Positions 31,009 to 41,656 are shown, counted from the stretch's first letter. The stretch is 64,000 nucleotides of DNA from Leptospirales bacterium (GCA_040326155.1 JBEQLE010000001.1:76959-140958); one strand, 5' to 3'. Numbers and translations are program-made. The notes: a model not told the origin generated them from the sequence alone.

Positions 31009-34000
31009 ATGGCATTAAACGATAAAACCAAAAACCCGGGCGACTTAATTAAGTCGCAGGACTGGAACGACACCGTAGACGAGGTCAACCGCCTGGGCAC
31101 CGATAAACTCAACCGAAGCGGTGACATTATTCGCGGCGACCTGCGCGTTGACGGAGAACTCACCGTCACAAGACAATTGCAGATCGGAGACGCAAGCCAT
31201 GTGAAAGCATTCAGTGAAACAGGCCTGGGCGAATTAAAAATCGCACTTGGTAGATTTGGCATCGGTACTATGATTCAACTCGAAGTTAAAATTGCCGGAA
31301 GTCATGCGGATACAGCGGGGATGTACCATGTCGTTTGCAACTGGAACGAGCGTCCTTCTATATTGTATCAGAGCGCCGGAAACAAAATGTGGAGATTTAC
31401 TTTATTTGGGTATCGCCAAAACGAAGAGGTCAAAGACGCCTCGGGTGCAACGCCTACCAGCGGGGCAGCCTATCTTTGGGCTCGCTGGCTACCAGCAGAT
31501 GGCAAACCTGCTAATGCGAATAATACGCTCCATATCAAAGTTGTCTCTGTCACTGAATTTGACGAAACCGATACCGGCGTCTGGGCGACAGCGGTAAAGT
31601 ATCCGGTCTCAAAAGTTTTGAGCGTTCATGTACGAAGTAGTAATGTGGGTATCGGAACCGACGCTCCGAAATCTAAACTTGAAGTAGCGGGAGACATTCG
31701 GGGCAATAACCTGTTAGTGGGCAATAGTATTTATCGCGATGGCTCTATTGAGCTGAGCGGTGCGACTCCTTACATCGATTTTCATCACGCCGAGGGCGTT
31801 ACCGATTATAACATGCGGATCATCAATAATGCGCCGGGAGAATTGACTGTTGCAGGCGGTATGTTACGAGTGACTCAGGGAAAAGAACTTACTCCTATCG
31901 TTGGAACAGGCTCTTTGGTTATTGGATCGGATACATCACTCAATATGGGCTTTGATAATAACGAGATCATGGCTCGTAAAAATGGTCTTCCCTCGCCGCT
32001 TAACCTGAATATCAACGAAGCCGCCAATTCGCCGGTCATCATCGGTACATTGTCAGTACTTAAAAATGGCACCATAGCCGGGGCAGCAAAAGTTGGCAGC
32101 CTAAGTGTGACGGGTAACGTTGGAATTGGGGTGGATGTGCCTACATCAAAACTGGAAGTAGCGGGAGATATTGAATTAAGTGGTAAGATTAAATCAGGAG
32201 CCAATACTATTCGCGATGCTGGTGGAGGTTGGCTTCGTACATACAACAAAACCGGTTGGGTTAGCCAGACATACGGTGGCGGTTGGTATATGGCAGACTC
32301 TTCATGGATTAGAAGTTATGGCAATAAAAATATATTTCATAATAAGGGGGTAATGCGTACCGATGGAACTTTACAAATTGGCCCTTCGGGAGGAACTCTC
32401 AGTATTGCAAATGGAGGGGATTTCGCTTACCGAAGCAATGTTCTTTTTGCAAATACATCAGGCGATGTGGGAATAGGGACGACTGGCCCCAAAGGTAAAC
32501 TTCATATCAGAAACGCTGATGGAGCCGATGTGTATTCAGGTTTACGGTTTTATCCGGCTGATGCATCATCGGCGGGGAGAAATAGTTATCATCGCATTAC
32601 TGGTTTTCGTAAAAGCGGATTGTGGATTTCGGGTAGCGCGAATGGTACTGCACATACCAAATCTAATATATTGTTAAAAGATGAGGGTATCTTTTTTGGT
32701 ACAAGTGATGGTACAACCGACCCCGAAGCAAACTTGAAGTTGTCCATTTTAAACAATGGTAATGTGGGGATTGGGACGGAGGCATTGGAGGGCAAACTTA
32801 CGATAAATAGCGGTAACGGTAGTTGGATATTCTTAAAACAAAACAGGGCAACTTCCGGGGGCGGCGGCTTTTCTATACATAACCCTTGGCGTAATAATGA
32901 CCCAGTCGACAGAAACAGATTTGAAATTGCATATAAGTCTAATACAGGGGTTTGGAAGTGGTCACTACTTCAAGTTCGTGCCGATGGATCTGTTTATGCC
33001 GGGTCTACTCATGTTACTTCGGATAGATCAAAAAAGAAAGATATTCTACCGATAAAAAAGGCTTTGGATGATTTGATAAAATTAAAACCGGTTAGCTTTT
33101 CCTGGAAAAACTCAGGTCTGGCTAAAAAAGAAGAACTTGGATTTATAGCTCAGGATGTTGAACAAATCTATCCTGAATTGATTGGCGACAATGGTTACGG
33201 GGTAAAGCATCTAAATTATAATGGTTTAATGGCGCCAGTTGTACAGTCCATAAAAGAACAGCAAACACAAATTGAATTGTTGACAACTCAAAATTACGAA
33301 CAACAAAAATTAATAGATAGTAATAAACCAACATTACAGGGCGCTGATTTCGCAGAGTATTTTAAATCAACAGACGGAAGCTCCATTGATGTTGGTCTAT
33401 CAGTAGTTTTAGAGAAAGACAAAATCAGGAAAGCGAAAAAAGAAGAAGTGCCGGTTGGTATCATTTCGAATAAGCCTGTAGTCCTTGGCGGTTCACATAT
33501 GGAGTGGCCGGGTAAGATCCTTCAGGATCCCTTCGGCAACGAAATTCTCGAAGAATACAAAGAAGAGATCATGGCGCAAAAAACAGAAAAAGTCAAGCGC
33601 GAGCGACAAAAAGTAAAAACCAAGACTATCGAAGAAGATGTGATCGAAACGGTTGAGAAAACCATCAAAGGCAAAAAGGTTATGGTTGAAGTGACCAAAA
33701 AAGAGAAGCGCGAGATCGATGAGCCGCAATTCAAAGAGGTCGAAATCTACGACGAAAAAACAAAAGAGATCATTCGCACCGAGCAGGTTCCGATCATGGA
33801 AACCTTTGAGGTCGAAGAGTTGGTCTACGATGAAAATGGCGGACCGGTCATGGTGGGCACGGGTAAATTTGAGAAGAAGACTCGGCCGAAACTGAACCCT
33901 AAGTATGATCCAAAGCGTGAGTATGTTCCGCGTGACCAGCGACCTGAGTGGAATGTTGTTGGGCTGGTTGGGCAGATACCGCTTCGTAAGGGGCAGCCGA

Positions 34001-34065
34001 CTGCGCCGGGCTGGGTGAAGATGAAGGATTTGGATAAGGATGTGGAATTGTGGCTGGTGAAGTGA
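31009..34065 (+). CDS. Tail fibre/adhesin 1 with S74 and peptidase G2 chaperone domains
   Basis: AAGGAG RBS before MALNDK; PGD.I..QDWN anchor; four NVGIG/DVGIG repeats; SDRSKK..GFIAQ; ADFAEYF..PEWNVVGLVGQ. Confidence 0.85.
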   Translation: MALNDKTKNPGDLIKSQDWNDTVDEVNRLGTDKLNRSGDIIRGDLRVDGELTVTRQLQIGDASHVKAFSETGLGELKIALGRFGIGTMIQLEVKIAGSHADTAGMYHVVCNWNERPSILYQSAGNKMWRFTLFGYRQNEEVKDASGATPTSGAAYLWARWLPADGKPANANNTLHIKVVSVTEFDETDTGVWATAVKYPVSKVLSVHVRSSNVGIGTDAPKSKLEVAGDIRGNNLLVGNSIYRDGSIELSGATPYIDFHHAEGVTDYNMRIINNAPGELTVAGGMLRVTQGKELTPIVGTGSLVIGSDTSLNMGFDNNEIMARKNGLPSPLNLNINEAANSPVIIGTLSVLKNGTIAGAAKVGSLSVTGNVGIGVDVPTSKLEVAGDIELSGKIKSGANTIRDAGGGWLRTYNKTGWVSQTYGGGWYMADSSWIRSYGNKNIFHNKGVMRTDGTLQIGPSGGTLSIANGGDFAYRSNVLFANTSGDVGIGTTGPKGKLHIRNADGADVYSGLRFYPADASSAGRNSYHRITGFRKSGLWISGSANGTAHTKSNILLKDEGIFFGTSDGTTDPEANLKLSILNNGNVGIGTEALEGKLTINSGNGSWIFLKQNRATSGGGGFSIHNPWRNNDPVDRNRFEIAYKSNTGVWKWSLLQVRADGSVYAGSTHVTSDRSKKKDILPIKKALDDLIKLKPVSFSWKNSGLAKKEELGFIAQDVEQIYPELIGDNGYGVKHLNYNGLMAPVVQSIKEQQTQIELLTTQNYEQQKLIDSNKPTLQGADFAEYFKSTDGSSIDVGLSVVLEKDKIRKAKKEEVPVGIISNKPVVLGGSHMEWPGKILQDPFGNEILEEYKEEIMAQKTEKVKRERQKVKTKTIEEDVIETVEKTIKGKKVMVEVTKKEKREIDEPQFKEVEIYDEKTKEIIRTEQVPIMETFEVEELVYDENGGPVMVGTGKFEKKTRPKLNPKYDPKREYVPRDQRPEWNVVGLVGQIPLRKGQPTAPGWVKMKDLDKDVELWLVK

Positions 34066-34074
34066 GGGGGTTAT

Positions 34075-37000
34075 ATGATTGATAAAGGTCTTCTAAAAGA
34101 AGGGAAAGTATTTATCGTCCTGGGAAAAGACGGATTATTTAATAATCCGGAATATACGACATATTATAATTTCAACTGGCGCGTGCATAAAACGGGACAA
34201 CCCCTATTCGAATCCGGCTTTTATGAAGAGAGTGAACAACCGGTCCCTTTGCCTCCGTATACAATGCCGGAACATCGAATTGGAGATCTGGAGCCAAACG
34301 ATGTCATAATTCTTGATCAGGTTTTATTTCATGCCGAAAAGACGAATCGACAAAATGTGGCAGATACGGCGCACCAATGCCTACTTGTCACAGTAAAACA
34401 AGCTAAGAATAATCAGCTCATAGGTAAACAAGGGTTTATCTGGTCTGTTTATAACGGAAAACATTATATCACCCCATGTATAGGATCCGTTTCTTCTCAG
34501 GGAGGAAAGCCGGATCTGAAAATAACGAGTGGCCCGGGTAATATTACCAGTGTAAAGAAAAACGTCAATGAATCTATACCGGAAAGTAAAACTCCTAACT
34601 TCGATGAAGGTTACGTAATTGATCTTATTTGGTCCGATGGTAAACCAGGTTCAATACAAGGGTTAATTTTATATCCTGCTCTTTTGACGCCGGAAATACT
34701 CACTCCGAAATCAGAATCATTATCATTTGTATTGCTTACATTGGGGGGTTCTACTCAGCCCACAAGTAAACAGATCAAAGATCAGTTGAAAATTAGCTAT
34801 GGCTTATATTTTAAAGAGCCTGCATTGATTTTATCGGGTCTCCAGGAGGTTGATATTAATGTAGATGAAATTGCAAATACGCAAGCCCTGATAAGTACCA
34901 ATGATTTTAAAGGAGTTATCGATAGTCGAGTTGACTATAAGTCTAAAACGCAAGAGGACAACTGTTATAGGGTAACTATTCAAAAGAGCGTTTTTCAAAA
35001 TGGAGATCCATCTAAACCTTTATTTAAGAAAAATAAATTAAAACAAAAAAACTCAAATGATGAGGCGATTAACACAACATTAAAAAAATATAAAACAGAT
35101 AAAATCCCCGGATCGGGTAAACACTGTTTTCAGTTTGAGGAGGATGATATTAATTTTACAAAATCTGATTTAACTCGCCCAATTCGCTCACACCATCCTG
35201 TATTTATATTAGGGAAAAAAGAACGGCATAAAACTAATGGATATAATTTTGCTCAAATGAGTGATATACATATAAGCTCTCGCGAGCACACGCTGAGGAA
35301 ATCGCAAGCAAAAGTTATTGAGGGAGTTTCTGATGATATTTCATGCCCAGTTGGATCGATGGTCAATATCGCATCGAAAAATATGAAATCATTTTTAGAT
35401 ATATCAGGTTGCTCAGACGAAACTGATATAATACTTATTTCCGGGGATGTGATTGACCATATACCAAATGCACGGGTGGATAGTAGCGAAACAGTTTCAG
35501 AGATTTGGGAGAACCTTAAACTTGAAGATAGCCCTTCACTTGGCGATTGGAGCCCGGATGATAATTACCAACTTTTCTGGGATCATATTGCCTTTTATTC
35601 GTTCATAGTTTACTTTTATGAAAGATTTAAAAAACCTTCATATTATGTGACCGGGAACCATGATGTCTATGGCGCTCCCTATGGAATAACTCCTGTATTA
35701 TTTTCTGAAGGCAATTTAGATTCAAATAAAAAAGAAAATCACCCTCTGTTGAACGAGGGTATTCCTGCTGACCATAACCTTACTTTTTATGAAGCACAAT
35801 TGATCTTTGGCGATACATCCAAATCTGTATATGAAAATAGCTCTGGAATAACGCTGAAATACCTGGACTGGATTCACAGTTGTTACACACCTTTTAAGGA
35901 TTATTTGATTGAGTGGGATAAGCAAAATATAATCGCCCTTGGCTGGGGCGATAAGGAAGACCTTATGTTAGACTCTCAAGGTTGGATGGGGCATTTGCCA
36001 AGATCGGAAGACCCATTCACTGAAATTCAATTTAACTTATTGAAAGAAATAAATAATAACTCGAATAATACGAAAAAACATATTCTATTAAGTCATTTTA
36101 CCTTTATCTCTTATCATGAGATGATTCCGGATCATCATTTAGATGGCGGCGGCGTTTTAAAAAGTGAGTATCAAATGCCAAACCAGTACCAAATCAACTT
36201 AAATAAAGATTATAATTGGTATGATATGGGAACTTTTGAGGAGGAACGTTTAGCTTCATATAAATATGCTAAAGAGAGATTGCACGTAATTGTCACAGGC
36301 CATTCGCACCGCAGAGCAGCCTATACATTTGGGGATATAAATATAGATGGAACAAAAATTGAAACCAGGATGCACCCTTTGAGTGAGAGTAAATATTTTG
36401 ATTTAGATGATGTTACAAAAACCTCCAGGACTCCTGTTGTTGTGGTGTCTGATTCGACAGGGCCGTTGCCCCGTCTCAATAGGGATGGGGAATTTTTTGG
36501 TTGGGGTAGCGATCAGGCAGCCGGATTGCTTCTTCATTTTTTAGATAATGACAAACTAAAGGTAGATACACTCAAAGTAGGCCCTAAACCACGCTTTTGT
36601 GTCACGCTTGACTACCAAACGGCCTTGCGTGAGGCGAGTATAGAAAAGTATCATGATATGTTCAACTCCAGTATATATGAGGACGAACACAATGCGTTTA
36701 CTAAGATCATACCCGGACAATTTTTCGTAAAAGAGATAGATTTGCAGACACCTTTTCCAAATAATAGCATCCTTTTTCTAAATCAAGTAGGAATGAAGGG
36801 AATTCCTCAGACAAACCTGGGAACATTTATTCAGTCAGATTCAAATACAGTTGCTGCAAAAACCAAAAAAATTGTAGATATATTTAATTCTATAGTTTCC
36901 GATGACACCCGATTCCAGGCAGTAATGAATTCTTTTGTGAGTAATGATAGCTTAACTGAAGCTGGGTCGGATTATTTGGCCGGTTTAAACCTGGCAATTC

Positions 37001-37716
37001 AAAACGCTCAAAACAGTGACCAAGTGAGCTCTTTGCGTAAGTCATTCCTTCATAACTTGTTTCCAAAACTGACAAAGAATACAGATCCTTGGCTGCGTAT
37101 TGATAAAGAGAAAGCCCACCCTGTTGCCGTTTTTTTTGTATACAAAGATGCCCCTGGCACGCTCTATTGTAATTTAGATTCATCTTTAATGGAAGAAGTA
37201 AGTATTGAATCTATAAAATTTTACACTCACGAAATGGTTGTTAATAATGCAGTAACAAACACAAATTTAGTCGAAGTATGTACGAGCGAAGTCGAAGTGT
37301 ACAAAATTACAAAAAAAAGCATAATTTCTGGAATTGAAAACTCTGTCAGTGTCTCTACTTATAAATGTAAAATAGACGACTCTCATCAAGCAAACTTGAA
37401 CAGAATCTTGGGAAATGACGATCAGTTTGAAGAGGTATTTGCTTCCATAAAATTCTGTGGTAAAGAGAGCTCTATATTTAAAGATATATATTGCTTTAAT
37501 ACACCATGGAATTTTCTAATATTAAGGAGAAAACCTTTTGGTTATTTAGATTATGATATTGATGTTCAAAAGATTATGGACATTGAAGCCTATAAAGTAA
37601 GCGGAGAGTCGAAAGGTAAAGATGCTTATATACTTATTCCATATGTAGACCCACACTTTCTTCCCAACTATGAGTTGCGGCAAGAACTTTATCCTCAAAA
37701 ATACTCTGAAGAGTGA
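34075..37716 (+). CDS. Calcineurin-like metallophosphoesterase protein (1213 aa), candidate cargo/effector
   Basis: DIH, GDVID, GNHD, SH and GHSH motifs in canonical order; visibly more AT-rich than the structural genes; no signal peptide. Confidence 0.8.
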   Translation: MIDKGLLKEGKVFIVLGKDGLFNNPEYTTYYNFNWRVHKTGQPLFESGFYEESEQPVPLPPYTMPEHRIGDLEPNDVIILDQVLFHAEKTNRQNVADTAHQCLLVTVKQAKNNQLIGKQGFIWSVYNGKHYITPCIGSVSSQGGKPDLKITSGPGNITSVKKNVNESIPESKTPNFDEGYVIDLIWSDGKPGSIQGLILYPALLTPEILTPKSESLSFVLLTLGGSTQPTSKQIKDQLKISYGLYFKEPALILSGLQEVDINVDEIANTQALISTNDFKGVIDSRVDYKSKTQEDNCYRVTIQKSVFQNGDPSKPLFKKNKLKQKNSNDEAINTTLKKYKTDKIPGSGKHCFQFEEDDINFTKSDLTRPIRSHHPVFILGKKERHKTNGYNFAQMSDIHISSREHTLRKSQAKVIEGVSDDISCPVGSMVNIASKNMKSFLDISGCSDETDIILISGDVIDHIPNARVDSSETVSEIWENLKLEDSPSLGDWSPDDNYQLFWDHIAFYSFIVYFYERFKKPSYYVTGNHDVYGAPYGITPVLFSEGNLDSNKKENHPLLNEGIPADHNLTFYEAQLIFGDTSKSVYENSSGITLKYLDWIHSCYTPFKDYLIEWDKQNIIALGWGDKEDLMLDSQGWMGHLPRSEDPFTEIQFNLLKEINNNSNNTKKHILLSHFTFISYHEMIPDHHLDGGGVLKSEYQMPNQYQINLNKDYNWYDMGTFEEERLASYKYAKERLHVIVTGHSHRRAAYTFGDINIDGTKIETRMHPLSESKYFDLDDVTKTSRTPVVVVSDSTGPLPRLNRDGEFFGWGSDQAAGLLLHFLDNDKLKVDTLKVGPKPRFCVTLDYQTALREASIEKYHDMFNSSIYEDEHNAFTKIIPGQFFVKEIDLQTPFPNNSILFLNQVGMKGIPQTNLGTFIQSDSNTVAAKTKKIVDIFNSIVSDDTRFQAVMNSFVSNDSLTEAGSDYLAGLNLAIQNAQNSDQVSSLRKSFLHNLFPKLTKNTDPWLRIDKEKAHPVAVFFVYKDAPGTLYCNLDSSLMEEVSIESIKFYTHEMVVNNAVTNTNLVEVCTSEVEVYKITKKSIISGIENSVSVSTYKCKIDDSHQANLNRILGNDDQFEEVFASIKFCGKESSIFKDIYCFNTPWNFLILRRKPFGYLDYDIDVQKIMDIEAYKVSGESKGKDAYILIPYVDPHFLPNYELRQELYPQKYSEE

Positions 37717-37920
37717 CCCACAAGGGGATAATCGATATTATTGAATCTATTGAGAACTTGTTGTAAACCTACTTAGCTCAGATTGATCCGGGAGGATACT
37801 TGACCTTAGCAAAAAATATGGAAGCTCTATGCGAGCAAAGCGTATAACTCGTCAAGAACCGCTTGTTTTTCTTCAACTATTCCTCCCTGTACATTAACTC
37901 GAGAATAAAACACCCACTAA

Positions 37921-37992
37921 TTATCCCCAAAATTATATAAAAATACTTTACGCTTCCCAGAAACACTATACATATGGATATATATAAAGAGC
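37921..37992 (+). promoter_or_regulatory. Duplicated upstream element, copy 1 (before fibre 2)
   Basis: TTATCCCC.AAATTATATAAAA(A)TACTTTAC...CACTATACATATGGATATATATAAA also at 42234-42303. Confidence 0.7.
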
Positions 37993-38111
37993 GTTAAAGC
38001 TACGACATTTGATTTCCCGCCTGCCGACATAGAACGTAGTTAGGAAATCCCTATCTATTTTTTCCTTATCTTGCGTAGTCAGTGCCGTGCAAATGACAAA
38101 AGAGGGAACAA

Positions 38112-41075
38112 ATGGCATTAATCGATAAACAGAAAAATCCTGGCGACATGATCAAGTCGCAAGACTGGAACGACACCGTAGATGAAATCAACCGACTTGA
38201 TAAAGATAAGGTAAATAAAACGGGCGATCTGATTACGGGGGGTCTATCGGTAGGCGGTAAACTCACCGTGAAAGATCAATTTCAAATCGGCGATGCGAGT
38301 CACATAAAATCATTCACTCAAAAGGGCGCAGGCGAATTACAAATAGGGCTGGGTAAATTTCGCATCGGTACGATGATACAGATCGAAGCGAGAATCGCCG
38401 GAGCCAATGCCGAGACAGCTGGGCTCTACCATATCGTCTGCGACTGGAATGAACGGCCTTCGATTTTATACCAGAGCGTTGGTGACAAAATGGAGCGATT
38501 AGCGTTCTTTGGCTACCGCCAGAATGAAGAAACCCTGGACGCTTCGAGTCTGGCCATACCCAGCGGCGCTGTTTACCTCTGGGCAAGATGGCTACCTGAC
38601 GACGCCAAACCCGTCGATCAAAATAACACGTTGTATTTAAAAGCCGCCTCTGTTACCGAATTTGACGAGCTTGATATTGGCGTTTGGGAGACGGCAGTGA
38701 AATATCCGGTGGGGAAAGTTTTGACTGTCGATTCGCGAAGCGGAAATGTGGGGATTGGGACAGATGCTCCGGTCACGAAGCTACATGTAACCGGTGCCAC
38801 TACGCTTGAGTACCTTAGAGTATTACCATCTTCGACAAGTGAAGGCGGAGAAGTACAACTCTTGGGTGCCGGTACGAATCCACCTTGGCACCTCGACGTA
38901 TATGACAACCGATTTCGAATTCACAGTGGAGGTGAGAAACTCAATATTCTTTCGAATGGAAATGTCGGGATAGGGACGAGTTCTCCTACAAACAAATTAA
39001 TGATCACCGGAATTACACCACAGTCAAACGATGGCATCGTCGTTCAATCAACAGACAATCGCACTATTTCATTATTACCGAGTAGAGGGGCCGGAGGTCA
39101 CAACCCTTTAGTTTCTGCCGGAGATACATCGATTATATATTCAGCAGGTGCACCAAATACAGGTGCCTTCGTTATTGGACAATGGAGTTCCACAACGAAT
39201 GGTTTGAAAATTGCAGCAAATGGGAATGTTGGGATTGGGACTGGCACACCGAAAAACAAACTTCATCTATGCGGAGTTACCGATGGAGCGATCATCTCGG
39301 ATCCAAATGATCGTCCAGGTCTTGTAATTACAGGCCAATACCCTCAAATCGATTTATTCAGTGCAATGAACAATGGAGCTCATGGGCCTACGATTCGTCT
39401 GGGTGGGTATAATGACGACAGTAAAACTACGTTTAAACATTGGGTCATTGGCACGTCAGGGAGAAACTGTAGGCATCTCGATATTGGATTTTCCGCCAAT
39501 AACGACCCAAATCCACATGCGGGAATTCGCAATTACAATGGCAGTACGAAAATGACATTTCTGGAAAATGGGAATGTGGGAATTGGGACGCTGGAGCCGG
39601 GAGCGAAATTGCAAATCAAGGGGAATCAGATTATTGAACGAGAAGCTGGTCACTTGCTTTTAGATCGCCAAGCTAGTGAAACGACAGGCGGTAATAAGAT
39701 ATTTCTGGAGTTGCGACAAATGGATGCTAATCCTGCAAAAGTACCAGCTATTTTTCCGTCTATTAGGTTTCACCATGCTTACAAGTTTTGGCATAGGCTG
39801 GAGGGGCGCCCGGATGGATTACACGTAAAAGATGGTCACGAATTAAATGATGTTTATAGACCTTTCCATGCTTCTGAACTGACTATCCATGGAAATAATA
39901 TACGAACAACTGGCCGAATGCATTTAGACGGACCTGAATTATGTTATATTTTAAACAAAAGTGGTGTAATCATCGGTAAAGAGTGGGGTGGAAATGGTAA
40001 CCTTTCGGTACAAGGTGTTTTTAGTAATTCCGATCGGCGTTTGAAAAAAAACATTAAAAAAATAAATTCATCATTAGAGAAACTAACGAAATTACAGGGT
40101 GTTTCCTATTACTGGAAAAACCCGGAACGTTTGCCCACTCTTCAAATCGGACTAATTTCTCAGGAAGTTGAAGAATACTTTCCAGAATTGATCAGCCTGG
40201 GTAGAGAAGGAGTAAAGTATATAAACTATTCAGGCTTAATCGCGCCCTTAATTGAGTCTACGAAAGAACAGCAAAAACAAATTGAAACGTTATCGGCACA
40301 AAACGAAAACCAGCAAAAAACTATCGACCACTATCACAAATCATTAAAAGGCGCAGATTTTGCTGAGTACTTTAAATCGTTAGACGGAAAAAGTATGGCT
40401 CCGGGTGTTTCTGTTGTCATGGATAATGGGAAGATCCGCGTAGCGAAGAAAGGGGAAGTACCATTTGGCGTTACTTCGGAGAATCCACGAATGTTGGGCG
40501 GTCTCCATTCTGAGTGGCCTGGCAAAATTTTACAAGATACTTTCGGCAACGACATCCTCGAAGAATACAAAGAAGAGATCATGGCGCAAAAAACCGAAAA
40601 GGTAAAACGCCAACGCCAAAAAGTAAAAACTAAAACCATCGAAAAAGATGTGATTGAAACGGTCGAGAAAACCGTCAAAGGCAAGAAGGTCATGGTTGAG
40701 GTGACCAAAAAAGAGACGCGCGAGATTGACGAACCACAGTTCAAAGAAGTTGAAATCTACGACGAAAAAACCAAAGAGGTCATTCGCACTGAGCAGGTTC
40801 CGGTTATGGAAACCTACGAGGTCGAGGAACTTGTCTACAATGAAAACGGTGAGTCGGTCATGGTCGGCACAGGTAAATTTGAGAAGAAGACACGTCCGAA
40901 ACTGAACCCCAAATATGATCCAAAGCGTGAGTATGTTCCGCGTGATCAACGTCCTGAGTGGAATGTTGTTGGGCTGGTTGGGCAGATTCCGCTTCGTAAG
41001 GGGCAGCCGACTGCGCCGGGCTGGGTGAAGATGAAGGATCTTGATGAGGATGTTGAGTTGTGGTTGGTGAAGTGA
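38112..41075 (+). CDS. Tail fibre/adhesin 2 with S74 and peptidase G2 chaperone domains
   Basis: N- and C-termini paralogous to fibre 1, different middle; four GNVGIGT repeats; SDRRLKKNI; ADFAEYF. Confidence 0.85.
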   Translation: MALIDKQKNPGDMIKSQDWNDTVDEINRLDKDKVNKTGDLITGGLSVGGKLTVKDQFQIGDASHIKSFTQKGAGELQIGLGKFRIGTMIQIEARIAGANAETAGLYHIVCDWNERPSILYQSVGDKMERLAFFGYRQNEETLDASSLAIPSGAVYLWARWLPDDAKPVDQNNTLYLKAASVTEFDELDIGVWETAVKYPVGKVLTVDSRSGNVGIGTDAPVTKLHVTGATTLEYLRVLPSSTSEGGEVQLLGAGTNPPWHLDVYDNRFRIHSGGEKLNILSNGNVGIGTSSPTNKLMITGITPQSNDGIVVQSTDNRTISLLPSRGAGGHNPLVSAGDTSIIYSAGAPNTGAFVIGQWSSTTNGLKIAANGNVGIGTGTPKNKLHLCGVTDGAIISDPNDRPGLVITGQYPQIDLFSAMNNGAHGPTIRLGGYNDDSKTTFKHWVIGTSGRNCRHLDIGFSANNDPNPHAGIRNYNGSTKMTFLENGNVGIGTLEPGAKLQIKGNQIIEREAGHLLLDRQASETTGGNKIFLELRQMDANPAKVPAIFPSIRFHHAYKFWHRLEGRPDGLHVKDGHELNDVYRPFHASELTIHGNNIRTTGRMHLDGPELCYILNKSGVIIGKEWGGNGNLSVQGVFSNSDRRLKKNIKKINSSLEKLTKLQGVSYYWKNPERLPTLQIGLISQEVEEYFPELISLGREGVKYINYSGLIAPLIESTKEQQKQIETLSAQNENQQKTIDHYHKSLKGADFAEYFKSLDGKSMAPGVSVVMDNGKIRVAKKGEVPFGVTSENPRMLGGLHSEWPGKILQDTFGNDILEEYKEEIMAQKTEKVKRQRQKVKTKTIEKDVIETVEKTVKGKKVMVEVTKKETREIDEPQFKEVEIYDEKTKEVIRTEQVPVMETYEVEELVYNENGESVMVGTGKFEKKTRPKLNPKYDPKREYVPRDQRPEWNVVGLVGQIPLRKGQPTAPGWVKMKDLDEDVELWLVK

Positions 41076-41116
41076 TTTTATTTCACAATTATCCCCTTAC
41101 GGACATAAGGTGGGTG

Positions 41117-41656
41117 TTAAACAAGAGAACCATATATCGGTGTTACATCAATAGCATTTAACATAAGTTCAAGCATTTGAGAATTTAAATGTCGATATGT
41201 AAAATAATATCGCAGATTTTTTTCAAATTTATTAAATTTGCCCCAATCAACTCCAACAATTGGACTGTTCGTATCATAGGACATTGTAATCATTAAGCTG
41301 ATAGCAAAGTTTTCATTAACCCATTTAATTTGAGGATATTTGATTAAAGTGTCTTTATCGATATCCTTTATTAATTGAATCGGCTTTCTTCTCGATACCC
41401 AATATGCTGTATAAGCGGCAACTTTTTTTGGATTTGCTCTTTCAATGCCGTGAAAATCTTTTAGTCGAGTAATATCAGAAAAGTAATCTAATAAAATTTC
41501 ATCTATTAAATATTCATTAACTACTGCAAAATTATCAATATTTGCAGATTTAATGTAATGCCTTGCTTTTCCATAAATAAAAAGAAATCTATTTTTCAGG
41601 CATTCTTCGCCAAAGTCTTTTATTAGATTCTCATAAGAACGATCACTGTTTTCCAT
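41117..41656 (-). CDS. Hypothetical protein (DI.R.K.FH...N..K.AAY.AYW..RRKPIQ motif)
   Basis: 179-aa AT-rich ORF overlapping a small upstream gene. Confidence 0.65.
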   Translation of the reverse strand: MENSDRSYENLIKDFGEECLKNRFLFIYGKARHYIKSANIDNFAVVNEYLIDEILLDYFSDITRLKDFHGIERANPKKVAAYTAYWVSRRKPIQLIKDIDKDTLIKYPQIKWVNENFAISLMITMSYDTNSPIVGVDWGKFNKFEKNLRYYFTYRHLNSQMLELMLNAIDVTPIYGSLV

